Source: Perna viridis (Eukaryota). Taken from it: a stretch of DNA of 64,000 nt. The notes beneath the pieces are model-generated. The model saw only the letters and a program-made list of their open reading frames with translations, searched no databases and had not been told where the DNA came from. Below, one piece after another: positions 63,741 to 64,000 of the stretch. Where the stretch lies: assembly GCA_037379345.1 (NCBI GenBank), contig CM074521.1, forward strand, positions 25,692,704-25,756,703, written 5' to 3'. A program made the translations under genes and the position numbers. Each line of letters starts with the position of its first letter. Positions within the stretch are counted from its first letter, which is position 1.

Positions 63741-64000
63741 GTAAGTATCAATAAATGTATTCATACTCTCGAAATTAATTATGTTTTTAATTTCATTTTT
63801 TTTTCATTTCTTTATTTCATGCATTATAACCAATCTTCAGTATAATTGCAAAATGCACACACTTTTATGATATTAGTTTCTATGTTACCGTGTTGGACTT
63901 TTTATCTTTTGTCGTAAAAAAAGGTTCACATTTCCAATGGAAAATGTTTAGATGTAACATGCATTAACTGTCCCAAGCAGCATTGGCGATTTTCAAAATA

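Larger units (their letters stand above)
49931..64000 (+). repeat. Array G: at least 10 tandem exon-intron cassettes of 1,498-1,500 bp, each encoding 153 aa (exons of 320+139 nt)
   Basis: MGPLSENIK ORFs at 50014, 51513, 53012, 54512, 56012, 57510, 59008, 60507, 62006 and 63504. Copies differ by only a few substitutions and homopolymer lengths, and the array runs off the window end. Confidence 0.97.

Noticed and set aside
49890-63751. Repeated minus-strand ORFs (MILTRTVV..., MPSPNLTF...) and the + strand MTIVETENL ORF
   Set aside because: These are antisense to exons G1/G2 or wholly intronic. They recur only because the whole cassette is duplicated.
1-64000. CRISPR array, prokaryotic repeat adhesin or phage/defence system
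   Set aside because: Repeat units are 1.5-2.1 kb with spliceosomal introns. There are no short repeat-unique spacer arrays, operons or cas-like ORFs.

Overview
This is AT-rich eukaryotic (animal) genomic DNA. Its dispersed repeats resemble, from memory, those of mytilid bivalves, so the taxon is an inference. The whole window is the interior of one giant, + strand, intron-containing gene, and neither the start nor the stop codon lies inside it. Reading GT..AG boundaries by hand gives 98 exons (218..63740) that splice into one open frame of 18,111 nt (about 6,037 aa). The protein is beads-on-a-string: 37 copies (two cut by the window edges) of a ~125-135 aa domain with exactly two terminal Cys, separated by Thr/Pro/Ser-rich mucin-type linkers. 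Each domain is split by a phase-0 intron and flanked by phase-1 introns. The single copy at 33116-34563 follows the discoidin / F5/8 type C motif pattern, so the other copies are probably degenerate, Trp-less and often very acidic derivatives. The gene grew by tandem duplication of whole exon+intron cassettes: about 20 x 1.58 kb (1-32.7 kb, with 3.8 kb and 6.3 kb higher-order repeats), 3 x 2.1 kb (38.5-43.8 kb), three older single paralogs (44-48.5 kb), and at least 10 x 1.5 kb (49.9 kb to the end). The introns carry several small non-autonomous mobile elements. The supplied ORFs are exon fragments running into introns, antisense shadows of exons, or intronic noise.
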